In this document: in pieces, positions 40,670 to 49,733 of the stretch
How positions within the stretch are numbered: the first letter of the stretch is position 1
Layout: every line of letters starts with the position of its first letter
NCBI GenBank assembly: GCA_046540025.1
Contig: JBKHFW010000010.1
Location: 2,845 to 66,844 of the forward strand
Direction: 5' to 3'
Source: Phycisphaeraceae bacterium
GTDB lineage: Bacteria > Planctomycetota > Phycisphaerae > Phycisphaerales > Phycisphaeraceae
Length of the DNA stretch: 64,000 nucleotides
The notes under the pieces: generated by a model
Databases searched by the model: none
Seen by the model: the letters and a program-made list of their open reading frames with translations, nothing else
Told to the model about the DNA's origin: nothing
Program-made: the position numbers and the translations under genes

Positions 40670-43600
40670 ATGACGTCCAGCGCATCCGTCACCGCCCCGC
40701 ACGAGCCGTCCGAAACCCGCGTTTTCCGCGTCGAGGCGTGGACGAAGCCCGGCGAGATCGACCCCGCCGGCGCCGCCGCCTTCGCCGAGGCCCGCCGCTC
40801 GTTCCCCGGCCTCGAGGAAGTCCACGTCGCCCACGTCTACCTCGTCGAGGCCCCCGTGGGCCAGCAGGGCATGCTGCGCATCGCCAACGAGCTCTTCGCC
40901 GACCCGGTCAACCAGCAGGCCGAACTCGGCGCCCGCCCGGTCGATCCGGCCCACGCCATGGTCGAGGTGCACTACCAGCCCGGCGTCATGGACCCGGTCG
41001 CCCAGTCCGCCCGCGACGCGATCACCGAGATGTTGCCCGAGATCCCGGCGGAGCTCGTCGGCGTCCGCACCGGCTACCGCTACGACCTCGCCTTCCAGCC
41101 GGGCCACGACCTGCCCGGCGCGGACGCGCTCAGGCAGTTCGCCCAGCGGGCGCTTGCCAACCCGGTCATCCAGGACATCCACCTCGAGCCCTTCACCCCG
41201 GCCGAGTTCCCGCACGGCCGCGCCTACGAGCTCAAGCTCACCCACGTGCCCATTCGCGAGCTCGACGACGAAGGCCTCGCCCGCCTCTCCCGCGACGGCC
41301 ACCTCTTCCTAAGCCAGGACGAGATGCGCGCCATCCAGGACTACTACCGCCAGGCCCAGCGCGAACCCACCGACGCCGAGCTCGAAACCCTCGCCCAGAC
41401 CTGGTCCGAGCACTGCGTCCACAAGACCCTCAAAAGCACCGTCCACTTCCGCCAGACCACCGGCGACCAGCTCGATTATGCGAATCGTCCCGGCCACGAG
41501 GTGCATCCCGACGGCAGCGTCACGATCCACAATCTGCTCAAGAACACCGTCGCCGCCGCCACCCGCGAGTTGATGGCCGAGCCGCCCCACAAGGACTGGT
41601 GCGTCAGCGTCTTCGTCGACAACGCCGGCATCGTCCGCTTCGACGACGTCGACGGCGTCGCCATCAAGGTCGAAACCCACAACCACCCCTCCGCCATCGA
41701 ACCCTACGGCGGGGCCGCGACCGGCATCGGCGGCTGCATCCGCGACGTGCTCGGCACCGGGCTCGCCGCCCGACCCATCGCCAACACCGACGTCTTCTGC
41801 GTCGCCTGCCCCGAGGCGTCCCACGAGTCCGAGCCCGAAGGCGAAAACGCCACGCTCGAATCCGACGAGTTCGGCCTCGGCGACATGAAGCTCCCCAAGG
41901 GCGTCATCCATCCCCGCCGCATCCTCCAGCAGATCGTCGCCGGCGTACGCGACTACGGCAACCGCATGGGCATCCCCACCGTCAGCGGCGCGGTCTACTT
42001 CGACGAGGACTTCGTCGGCAATCCGCTGGTCTACGCCGGCTGCGTCGGGCTCATCCCGCTGGACAAGTGCTTCGGCGACGCGAAGCCGGGCGACCGGATC
42101 ATCGTGCTCGGCGGCGCCACCGGCCGGGACGGCATCCACGGCGCGACCTTCTCCAGTGCCGAGCTCACCGACACCCACGCCGACGAATTCGCCCACGCCG
42201 TGCAGATCGGCAACCCGATCACCGAGAAGAAAGTCGCCGACGTCATCTTCCAGGCCCGCGACTGGCAGGGCGGCCCGCTCTACACCGCCATCACCGACTG
42301 CGGCGCGGGCGGCTTCTCCTCCGCCGTCGGCGAGATGGGCGAGAAGGTCGGCGCGAAGGTCACCCTCGAAACCGCACCACTCAAGTACCAGGGACTGAGC
42401 TACACCGAAATCTGGATCAGCGAAGCCCAGGAGCGCATGGTCCTCTCCGTGCCCGAGGAGAAGGTCGAGACGCTCCGCCGGCTGTGCGAGTCCGAGGACG
42501 TCGGCTTCTGCGACCTCGGCGTCTTCGGCTGCGGGCCCGACGGACCCACCACCGAGCAGCCCGACGACCCCACGCTCATCCTCACCTACCAGGGCACCGA
42601 GGTCGGCCGGCTCGGCATGGAGTTCCTCCACGAGGGCGTGCCCATGCCCACCCGCACCGCCGAGTGGCACAGCCACCCCGCCCCCGAGCCCGCCATCCCG
42701 ACGAAGGGCGAGCCTTCCGTCGACGAGCTGCTGATCAACCTGCTCGCCCACCCCAATATCGCCAGCAAGCACTGGATCGTCCGCCAGTACGACCACGAGG
42801 TGCAGGGCTCCTCGGCCGTCAAGCCGCTGGTCGGCCCCGAGCAGGACGGCCCCTCCGACGCGGCGGTCCTGCGTCCCAAGCTCGACTCCAGCCGCGGCGT
42901 CGCGCTCGCCTGCGGCCTCGCTCCGCACCTCTCGGAAAAAGCCACCGCCCGCGGCCTCGCCACCGACGGCGACAGCTACCACGCCACCCTCGCCGCGCTC
43001 GACGAAGCGGTGCGCAACGCCGTCTGCGTCGGCGCCGACCCCGATCGGATCGCCATCCTCGACAACTTCTGCTGGCCGCGCTGCGAGGACCCGGCCCAGC
43101 TCGGCACCCTCGTCCGCGCTGCCGAGGCGTGCTACGACGGCGCCAAGGCCTACCGCACGCCGTTCGTCTCCGGCAAGGACTCGCTGAGCAACCAGTTCAC
43201 CACCGAGGACGGCCGACTCATCACCATCCCGCCCACCATGCTCATCACCGCGATGGGCATCGTCGAGGACACCGCCCGCTGCCGAACCATGGACGCCAAA
43301 CAGCCGGGCAGCGCCCTGCTCGTCGTGGGCGAGACGACCGCCGCGCTGGGCGGCTCGCACTACGTCCGTCTCACCGGCGACGCCGGCCGCAGCCGGAAGA
43401 TCCCCCGCCTCGACCTCACCCGCGGCCCCGCGGCCGCCCGGGCAGTGGCGAAGCTGATCACTGGCGGACAGATCCTCTCCGCCCACGACTGCTCGGAGGG
43501 CGGCCTGCTCGTCGCCGCGGCCGAGATGGCCTTCGCCGGCCGGGTCGGCCTCGACCTCGACCTCGCCGGCCTGCCCGCCGACCGCGAGCTCGACCCGATC

Positions 43601-43825
43601 ACCGCCTGCTTCGCCGAGACGCCGGGGCGGTACCTGCTCGAGGTCGCCCCCGACCAGCTCGACGCCGTGCTCAAGACGCTCCAGGACGCCGACCTCCCCG
43701 TCGGCCAGGTCGGCAGCTTCGCCGACCACGACGAGCTCACACTCCGCACCCCGGCCAAGGGCCGAATCCTGAGTGCGAAGCTCGACGATCTCCGCCAGGC
43801 CTGGCTCGAGCCGCTGGACTGGTAA
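40670..43825 (+). CDS. purL: phosphoribosylformylglycinamidine synthase subunit PurL with two N-terminal PurS-like repeats
   Basis: The PurL signature TWSEHCVHKT and AIR-synthase-like repeats are present. About 190 N-terminal residues form two PurS-like units (KPGEIDPAG...LFADPVNQ and QPGVMDPVA...LANPVIQ). There is no glutaminase domain. The track ORF upstream of 40670 is antisense to polA. Confidence 0.9.
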   Translation: MTSSASVTAPHEPSETRVFRVEAWTKPGEIDPAGAAAFAEARRSFPGLEEVHVAHVYLVEAPVGQQGMLRIANELFADPVNQQAELGARPVDPAHAMVEVHYQPGVMDPVAQSARDAITEMLPEIPAELVGVRTGYRYDLAFQPGHDLPGADALRQFAQRALANPVIQDIHLEPFTPAEFPHGRAYELKLTHVPIRELDDEGLARLSRDGHLFLSQDEMRAIQDYYRQAQREPTDAELETLAQTWSEHCVHKTLKSTVHFRQTTGDQLDYANRPGHEVHPDGSVTIHNLLKNTVAAATRELMAEPPHKDWCVSVFVDNAGIVRFDDVDGVAIKVETHNHPSAIEPYGGAATGIGGCIRDVLGTGLAARPIANTDVFCVACPEASHESEPEGENATLESDEFGLGDMKLPKGVIHPRRILQQIVAGVRDYGNRMGIPTVSGAVYFDEDFVGNPLVYAGCVGLIPLDKCFGDAKPGDRIIVLGGATGRDGIHGATFSSAELTDTHADEFAHAVQIGNPITEKKVADVIFQARDWQGGPLYTAITDCGAGGFSSAVGEMGEKVGAKVTLETAPLKYQGLSYTEIWISEAQERMVLSVPEEKVETLRRLCESEDVGFCDLGVFGCGPDGPTTEQPDDPTLILTYQGTEVGRLGMEFLHEGVPMPTRTAEWHSHPAPEPAIPTKGEPSVDELLINLLAHPNIASKHWIVRQYDHEVQGSSAVKPLVGPEQDGPSDAAVLRPKLDSSRGVALACGLAPHLSEKATARGLATDGDSYHATLAALDEAVRNAVCVGADPDRIAILDNFCWPRCEDPAQLGTLVRAAEACYDGAKAYRTPFVSGKDSLSNQFTTEDGRLITIPPTMLITAMGIVEDTARCRTMDAKQPGSALLVVGETTAALGGSHYVRLTGDAGRSRKIPRLDLTRGPAAARAVAKLITGGQILSAHDCSEGGLLVAAAEMAFAGRVGLDLDLAGLPADRELDPITACFAETPGRYLLEVAPDQLDAVLKTLQDADLPVGQVGSFADHDELTLRTPAKGRILSAKLDDLRQAWLEPLDW

Positions 43826-43851
43826 GGGGGGAGGAGTAGTTAGAGGAAGTC

Positions 43852-44202
43852 ATACGGATGATGACTGATCCTCGTGCGCGTTGGGCGTCTGGACGGGTTG
43901 CGCCATGACCCGTTCTCTGTCATGCTGCGTCCTTCTGGTTCTTCAGGAGGCCTGAGCGTGCAGATCGTCGAGCGGCAGGAAGGCGATGGCCGCGCCGCTT
44001 CCGCCTTACAGCCCTGAGTTCAATCCCGTCGAGCGGGTGCGGGGGTATCTGCGCCAGCATCACCTGAGCAGCCGTGTCTACGCGGATGAGGATGCGCTCT
44101 GGGAGGCGGACTGCCGGGCGTGGAAGTGCCTCAGCCCCAAGCGGCTCCAGAGCCTCTGCCACAGCGAGTGGGTCATGCACGAGCGTCGGCCATCATCCGT
44201 AT
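43852..44202 (+). mobile_element. IS630/Tc1-mariner-family relic (internally deleted), with terminal inverted repeats
   Basis: A 12-bp perfect IR is present: ATACGGATGATG (43852-43863) and CATCATCCGTAT (44191-44202). Read as TA plus CGGATGATG, both ends are flanked by TA. ORF 43986..44225 encodes only the transposase C-terminus, with the hallmark LPPYSPEFNPVERVRGYLRQ. Confidence 0.65.
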
Positions 44203-44289
44203 CAGGAGGAGTTGCAGGGAGTTAGCGGCGGGAGTTGGAAGCCGCAGATGAACCGAGGTGGGGGGGCGAGGCCGGGGCGCAGTAAGAAA
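44203..44289 (+). repeat. intergenic repeat element, copy A (right part; the left part is 43826-43851)
   Basis: It contains GGAGTT-type units (GGAGGAGTTGCA, GGGAGTTAGCGGC, GGGAGTTGGAAGC), then CAGATGAAC (44245-44253), then G7 (44260-44266). Module order matches 54390-54587. Confidence 0.5.
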
Positions 44290-44315
44290 GCCGCGGATGG
44301 GCTCCGCGGCTTTTT
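44290..44315. terminator. bidirectional intrinsic terminator
   Basis: The sequence is GCCGCGGA-TGGGC-TCCGCGGC followed by TTTTT, with an A-rich stretch upstream. It lies between purL and the convergent PEP-CTERM gene. Confidence 0.75.
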
Positions 44316-44335
44316 CCCGGTGATGTCTGTTCTGC

Positions 44336-45382
44336 TCAGTGCCCGCGTCGGTGGCGGACAAGCAGCAGGCCGGCGGGGACGGCGAGCAGGCTCAGGCTGG
44401 CCGGCTCGGGAACCACGCCGCTGTACTCGTGGCCGGCGACCACGTCCCAGACCGCGTCGTTGACCAGATCGACCATCTCCTGGTCGATCTCCACGTAGTC
44501 CTCGAGTTGCTGCTCGCGGCTGAGGTCCGGGCGGGGGATGATGTCCAGCCCGTCATAGACCGTCCAGTCCAGGCCGTCGGGCTTCTCGCCGAACATCGTC
44601 GCGTAGAACGTGGCCGCCTTGGTGTACTGCGGCAGGCCCCAGCCCATGTGCACGCCGTCGGCCAGCCACTGCTTGATGTCGCTGTACTGGCCGAACTGCC
44701 CGGCGTGCATCCGCTCGTTGATCTCGTAGTACACGTCGCCCAGCGGGACCATGTGGATCGGCGAGTCGGCGTCGCCGCCCTTGCTCGCCCGCAGGCCGTC
44801 CATGAGCTGGCCGAAGAAGTCCCGCTTGTCCCAGTCCCAGCTCGCCGGGTCGGTGTAGGCCGAGTCCCAGGCGCTCTTGTAGTCGAAGCTCTCGAAGCTC
44901 CCGTTGCCGGGGCGGGCCCAGCTCTGGTAGATGTAGATCGTCGTGTCCGGATTCTTGCTACGGAAATAGTCGGTGAACCGCTTCGCGGCATTCAGCGTGC
45001 CCCAGTCGGGCGAGACGTCGTCCCGCGGCGCCTTGGGGTCGACGAGGTGTCGGCCGTAGGGCTGGAGCGAGACCGTGTCCCAGGTGCGCTGGTTGACCAG
45101 CGGATCGATAGCGCCATCCTGCTGGTGATGGATGTACCAGTGCCGGTCCAGCGTCTCGCCCGCCACGGTGAACGCCTCGACGTTCCAGTTGTCACCCCGC
45201 CCGCCGGCGATGCGGTCGAAGGCGACCTCCGGGTTCTGGTGGTCCGTCAGGCTGTTGCCGATCATGAAGGTGTTCAGCGAGTCGGTCTGCGCGGCGGCAG
45301 ACTCCAGACCCGTCGTCATCACGCCCGCCAGGGCGACGGCGACAGCAACTCCCTGCACAAAAGCGCGGCGGCATCCGGTCAT
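44336..45382 (-). CDS. secreted SGNH/GDSL-like hydrolase-fold protein with a PEP-CTERM sorting tail
   Basis: A signal peptide and a GNSLTD block are present. The C-terminus is VPEPASLSLLAVPAGLLLVRHRRGH, which is a PEP motif, a TM segment and a basic tail. The SD is GAGGGAGGGAG. Confidence 0.7.
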   Translation of the reverse strand: MTGCRRAFVQGVAVAVALAGVMTTGLESAAAQTDSLNTFMIGNSLTDHQNPEVAFDRIAGGRGDNWNVEAFTVAGETLDRHWYIHHQQDGAIDPLVNQRTWDTVSLQPYGRHLVDPKAPRDDVSPDWGTLNAAKRFTDYFRSKNPDTTIYIYQSWARPGNGSFESFDYKSAWDSAYTDPASWDWDKRDFFGQLMDGLRASKGGDADSPIHMVPLGDVYYEINERMHAGQFGQYSDIKQWLADGVHMGWGLPQYTKAATFYATMFGEKPDGLDWTVYDGLDIIPRPDLSREQQLEDYVEIDQEMVDLVNDAVWDVVAGHEYSGVVPEPASLSLLAVPAGLLLVRHRRGH

Positions 45383-45558
45383 TCTCTCCCTCCCTCGTTG
45401 TCAGGAATCGGTCCCGCCCGGCGGAGCTCCTCGCTTGGAGGGCCGGGAGGACGTGGTCTACCCCTCAAGGCCCTGCCAACAAAAGACAGGCCCCCTGAAA
45501 AGATACCACAGCAGTGCAGGATCGCGAAGGAGTTTTACGGAACTGCGGCTGCTCCCCG

Positions 45559-46791
45559 TTACCTGCGGTAGCGGCGGGGGAGGTGGCTGGAGAGTCGGCA
45601 GAGCATTTCGTAGCAGTGCGAGCCCGCCAGTTCCGCCAGCTTCTCGAGCGCGTTGGGAGCGTCCGGGTCGTTGCTGATCACCTCGACGTCCGCCCCGACC
45701 AGATTGCCCGGCATGGCGGTCTCGAGGTCGGTCAGGTCCACGACGATCTGGTCCATGTTCACCCGCCCGAGTACCGGCGCCTCGTGCCACGGTGCGTCCT
45801 CGGCCGGGCGAATCCGCACGCTCGCCTTGTTGCTCAGCCCCAGCGGATAGCCGTCGCCGTAGCCCACCGGCACGACGCCCAGCAGGCTCGCCCGGCCAAG
45901 CCGGTGCGTCTGGCCATAGCCCACCGACGAGCCGGCCGGGTAGCGGTGCACGTCCACGATTCGGCTCATCCAGCGCATGATCGGCCGCACGTCCGGCAGC
46001 GCCGCGGCGGCAGGCGGGTCCACCAGCATCCGCGGGCCGTACCCCAGCAGTCCCAGCCCCACGCGGACGAGGTCGAGGTGGTACCGCGGGTCGCGCATCG
46101 TGGCGCAGGTGTTGGCGAGGTGCCGCGTCACGCCGGCGGGCAGCTCGGCCGCGTCCACGGCGGCGCTGAAGCGCTCGTACTGGCGGTGGGCGTACTCGCT
46201 ATCGAGGTCGGCGGTCGCGAGGTGGGAGTAGATCCCCGCGAGCTGGACGTAGCGGTGCCCGGGAAGTCGGCCGACGATCTGCCGCAGGTCGGCGTCGCTG
46301 AGCCCGCCCCGGCTCATGCCGGTGTCGAGGTAGAGGTGCACGGGGAGCTTCATGCCGAAGCTGCGGCCGATCTGGGCGATGCGCTCGAAGTGCTCGGCGC
46401 TGTGGACCGAAAGGTGCAGCCGACCGGCCATGGCGGCGCGGTGCAGCCGCCCGGCGCGGTCGATGTGGCGAAGCGGCATCATCAGCAGCAGGGGGCAGGC
46501 GGGGCCTTCGGTGACGAGCTGCTCGGCTTCCTCGGGGGTGTAGACCGCGAGCATGCAGCACCCGACGCGGGCCAGGCGGTGGGCGATCGGCCCCACGCCC
46601 AGGCCGTAGGCGTTCTTCTTGACCACGGCGCACAGCCTCGGCCCGCCGGTGGTCTGGAGCGCAGCGAGCAGCGTCGCCGCGTTGGACTCGAGGCGGTCGA
46701 GGTCGATTTCCAGCCAGCTCGGCCCGGGGGGAGCAGGCTGTCGGGAATGCACGTCACGGGCAGCCATCGCAGTATTGAGCGTTTGTATCAT
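45559..46791 (-). CDS. alr: alanine racemase
   Basis: The PLP-lysine block AVVKKNAYGLG is present, along with C-terminal VGYGDGYP. The start is at ATG 46791, with AGGAG upstream. Confidence 0.88.
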   Translation of the reverse strand: MIQTLNTAMAARDVHSRQPAPPGPSWLEIDLDRLESNAATLLAALQTTGGPRLCAVVKKNAYGLGVGPIAHRLARVGCCMLAVYTPEEAEQLVTEGPACPLLLMMPLRHIDRAGRLHRAAMAGRLHLSVHSAEHFERIAQIGRSFGMKLPVHLYLDTGMSRGGLSDADLRQIVGRLPGHRYVQLAGIYSHLATADLDSEYAHRQYERFSAAVDAAELPAGVTRHLANTCATMRDPRYHLDLVRVGLGLLGYGPRMLVDPPAAAALPDVRPIMRWMSRIVDVHRYPAGSSVGYGQTHRLGRASLLGVVPVGYGDGYPLGLSNKASVRIRPAEDAPWHEAPVLGRVNMDQIVVDLTDLETAMPGNLVGADVEVISNDPDAPNALEKLAELAGSHCYEMLCRLSSHLPRRYRR

Positions 46792-46811
46792 GGCCGGGCG
46801 GCTCCTACAAT
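46783..46811 (+). promoter_or_regulatory. candidate promoter for the DEAD-box helicase gene (long 5' UTR)
   Basis: It reads TTGTAT, a 17-nt spacer, then TACAAT. It lies about 290 nt upstream of ATG 47099 and overlaps the alr start codon on the other strand. Confidence 0.35.
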
Positions 46812-47098
46812 TCCCTTGTGCAACCCGTACGGTTGCCCCAGCTTCGGTACCGGCGGCGGCAGAAGCCCGGACGGGCGCCGCACGGGCCGGCAGGGGGCAG
46901 GCGGGGAGCCGTGAGCGATGCTGAGTGCTGCGATTTGTCCCAGCCCTGAGCACAGCGCACAGCGCCCCGACCTGCCCCGCTTCACTGGTCATCGGCACCT
47001 TGGCCGACGTCCGATTAGGAATTATGCCTCAACCCGCCGAACCGCCGGCACCCGCCCGTCCAGGCCGGGCCGTTCGGCTGGAGAGCCAGCTTTTCAAC

Positions 47099-48469
47099 AT
47101 GAGTGAGCAGGACCTTTTTGACACTTCCGTCACGTTCAAGGATCTCGGCCTGCGCGGCAGCGTGGTCAAGGGCCTCACGGAAGCCGGTTTCGAACATCCC
47201 ACCACGATCCAGGCCAAACTCATCCCGCCCATCCTCGAGGGCAAGGACGTGATGGGCCAGGCGCGCACCGGCACGGGCAAGACCGCCTCGTTCGCGCTGC
47301 CCATCCTCCACCTCATCGACGCGGACGTGCCCCAGCAGGCGCTCGTGCTCGCGCCGACGCGCGAGCTCGCCGCCCAGGTCGCCGCGGAAATCGAGGAGCT
47401 GGGCAAGCACACCCCGATCAAGACCGCCTACATCGTCGGCGGCGAGTCGATGCGCGCCCAGCAGCGGGCCATCGAGGGCGGCGCTCAGATCCTCGTCGGC
47501 ACGCCGGGCCGGATCATGGACCTCCACGGCCGGAGGCAGCTCGATTTCTCCAACATCCGTTTCGCCGTGCTCGACGAGGTGGACCGGATGCTGGACATCG
47601 GCTTCCGCGACGACATCAAGAAGATCCTGGGCAAGATCCGGAACGATCACCAGACCATCTTCGTCTCCGCCACGATCGACGCCGAGATCGAGACCCTCTC
47701 CCGCGCCTTCATGAAGGAGGACGCCGAGAAGGTGACCACCGTCTCGGGCTCGCTGACGGTCGCCATGGTCGACCAGAAATACCTCCCCGTCGAGCCGTGG
47801 GACAAGAAGCAACTGCTGCTTCACATGCTCAAGCACGAGGAACCCGAGACGACGCTCGTCTTCTGCCGAACCAAGGCGACCGTGCACAAGCTCACCAGCT
47901 ACCTGCGCGGCAAGGACGTGGCAGTGCGCGAGATCCACGGCGACCTGCACCAGAAAAAGCGCACCAGCGTCATGGAGTCGATGCGCAAGGGCAAGGTGGA
48001 CGTGCTGATCGCCTCCGACCTCGCAGCCCGCGGCCTCGACGTCGAGCACATCACCCATGTGATCAACTACGACCTGCCCGACGATCCGGAGGTCTACATC
48101 CACCGCATCGGCCGAACCGCCCGCGCCGGGCGCAAGGGCACGGCCTGGTCCTACGTCACCCCCGAGCAGGGCCAGCTTCTTACCGAGATCGAGAAGCTCA
48201 CCGGCACGCTCATCGAAAAGCTCGAATACCCCAGCTTCAAGCCCGGCCCGGTGCCCAGAGACATCCAGGCAGAGCGCGAGCGCGAAGCCGCCTCCGAGCC
48301 CGGCGAGCCCGAAGACCTCGGCCAGCGGCTGAGCAAGCGGGCGCTGCCGCCCGAGCTCGAGGGCCTCAGCGAGGAAGAGCTCAACGCCATGTTCCCCGGC
48401 GGGAAAATCCCCAGGAACCTGCCCAAACGCACCCTCGGCTCGCGCCTGCGAAGCAAGCGGGGGCGGTGA
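47099..48469 (+). CDS. DEAD-box ATP-dependent RNA helicase
   Basis: Helicase motifs are present: Q motif (FEHPTTIQ), motif I (ARTGTGKT), DEVD, SAT and HRIGRTARAG. An alternative ATG lies at 47024. Confidence 0.9.
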   Translation: MSEQDLFDTSVTFKDLGLRGSVVKGLTEAGFEHPTTIQAKLIPPILEGKDVMGQARTGTGKTASFALPILHLIDADVPQQALVLAPTRELAAQVAAEIEELGKHTPIKTAYIVGGESMRAQQRAIEGGAQILVGTPGRIMDLHGRRQLDFSNIRFAVLDEVDRMLDIGFRDDIKKILGKIRNDHQTIFVSATIDAEIETLSRAFMKEDAEKVTTVSGSLTVAMVDQKYLPVEPWDKKQLLLHMLKHEEPETTLVFCRTKATVHKLTSYLRGKDVAVREIHGDLHQKKRTSVMESMRKGKVDVLIASDLAARGLDVEHITHVINYDLPDDPEVYIHRIGRTARAGRKGTAWSYVTPEQGQLLTEIEKLTGTLIEKLEYPSFKPGPVPRDIQAEREREAASEPGEPEDLGQRLSKRALPPELEGLSEEELNAMFPGGKIPRNLPKRTLGSRLRSKRGR

Positions 48470-48502
48470 TCCGCCAGGCGCGATTTCGTTGATTCGCCCC
48501 AG

Positions 48503-48529
48503 GCCGCGGCCCGACGCCGCGGCTTTTTT
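48503..48529 (+). terminator. intrinsic terminator after the helicase gene
   Basis: The sequence is GCCGCGG-CCCGACG-CCGCGGC followed by TTTTTT. Confidence 0.8.
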
Positions 48530-48680
48530 CGTGGCCGCGTCCGGGCGCCACCGGGCCCGGTGCGCCTCCTGACTCCCCGAGCCGGAGCATGTCGCAGCGC
48601 CGCTCCGGGGATGGCTGCGGCGCGCCTGCACTCGGGACCCGGGGCGGCGCTGCGCTTTGCCCGGCTTGCGGACGCCTGCC

Positions 48681-49514
48681 TCACCCCGCCTGCTGCACGG
48701 CCGCGCTGCCGAGCAGTTCCCGCGTGCCGGGGATGGGGCCGAAGATCGATTCGGACATTTCGATCAGCTCCTCGTCGAAGAGCATGCGGTACTGCGCGTC
48801 CGCGGCGTAGTGCTTCCAGCGGCTGAGCACGCCCATCTGCTGGGCGTCGCCGTCGTAGGCGAGCCCGTCGAACGAGCTGCCCCCGTGGCAGGCCGCGACC
48901 TCGCGCAGGCCGGCGTCGGTGAAGGTCAGGCCCAGCCGATCCGCGAGCGCCCGGCGGTAGTCGCGGTCGGTGAACCACTGGTTGTAGCGGATCAGCACCG
49001 GGTCGTGCCGCAGCCGACTCGGGCCCTGGATGAACTCGCGGGCGTGCTGCTTCCAGATCCGCTTCGCGACGGTCAGGCCCACCTCGGCCGAGCCGGCCCG
49101 CAAGCGGGAGGCGAACAGGTTGAACGGGTCGCGGAGGATGAGCACGTCCCGGCGGCGGCGCGTGGGGCCGACCCAGCCGTCGTGCTCGCGCTCGTAGGCG
49201 TCACTGACCGCGTTGCCGAGGAAGTTGTCCTCATGGCTGAACAGCAGCAGGTTCTTGGCTGACAGTCTTCCCCGCTGCTCGCGCTCGAGGTCGAACTCGT
49301 AGTTCGCCCGGTACGGCCGACCGGAGTCCATCGGTCTCGCCGTCAGAAAGGGGTTCTCTTTGCCCTCCGCGCAGTTGAGCAGGCAGGTGCGCGGGGGCGC
49401 CTGCGCGAAGATCCAGTTCAGGATGGCGTGGTTGCCGCTGCGCGACATGCCGATCACGCGCATTTCCTGCTCGTTGGTGTATCCGGATCCCAGGTTCGCC
49501 GACGGTCGAGCCAT
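48681..49514 (-). CDS. sulfotransferase-like P-loop protein (family assignment tentative)
   Basis: The ATG at 49514 has GAGGAG upstream. IGMSRSGNHAILNWI resembles the PAPS 5'-phosphosulfate loop. VLILRDPFNLFASRL resembles the 3'-phosphate motif. Confidence 0.5.
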   Translation of the reverse strand: MARPSANLGSGYTNEQEMRVIGMSRSGNHAILNWIFAQAPPRTCLLNCAEGKENPFLTARPMDSGRPYRANYEFDLEREQRGRLSAKNLLLFSHEDNFLGNAVSDAYEREHDGWVGPTRRRRDVLILRDPFNLFASRLRAGSAEVGLTVAKRIWKQHAREFIQGPSRLRHDPVLIRYNQWFTDRDYRRALADRLGLTFTDAGLREVAACHGGSSFDGLAYDGDAQQMGVLSRWKHYAADAQYRMLFDEELIEMSESIFGPIPGTRELLGSAAVQQAG

Positions 49515-49592
49515 GCGTGGTTCGTCTCCTCTCTGCCATGCGGCTGCAGCACAAGCTGCTGATATTTCATAACTTGCAGCGATCTGCCTTGT

Positions 49593-49598
49593 ATTGTA
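49593..49598 (-). promoter_or_regulatory. TACAAT -10 candidate for the sulfotransferase-like gene
   Basis: TACAAT on the minus strand lies about 78 nt upstream of the ATG. It is followed by an unusually AT-rich leader. Confidence 0.35.
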
Positions 49599-49733
49599 AG
49601 CCCTCTCCGGAAGCCGGCAAGACAGGCCGCGGCTGACCGGGTCAGCGAGCAAACACCGGCCCGGGAGGCGAGGTGGCAGCGGCCGGCTGAGATCGGCTGT
49701 TCGCGGGGGATAAGAACCCGGCGACGGCGCGGG

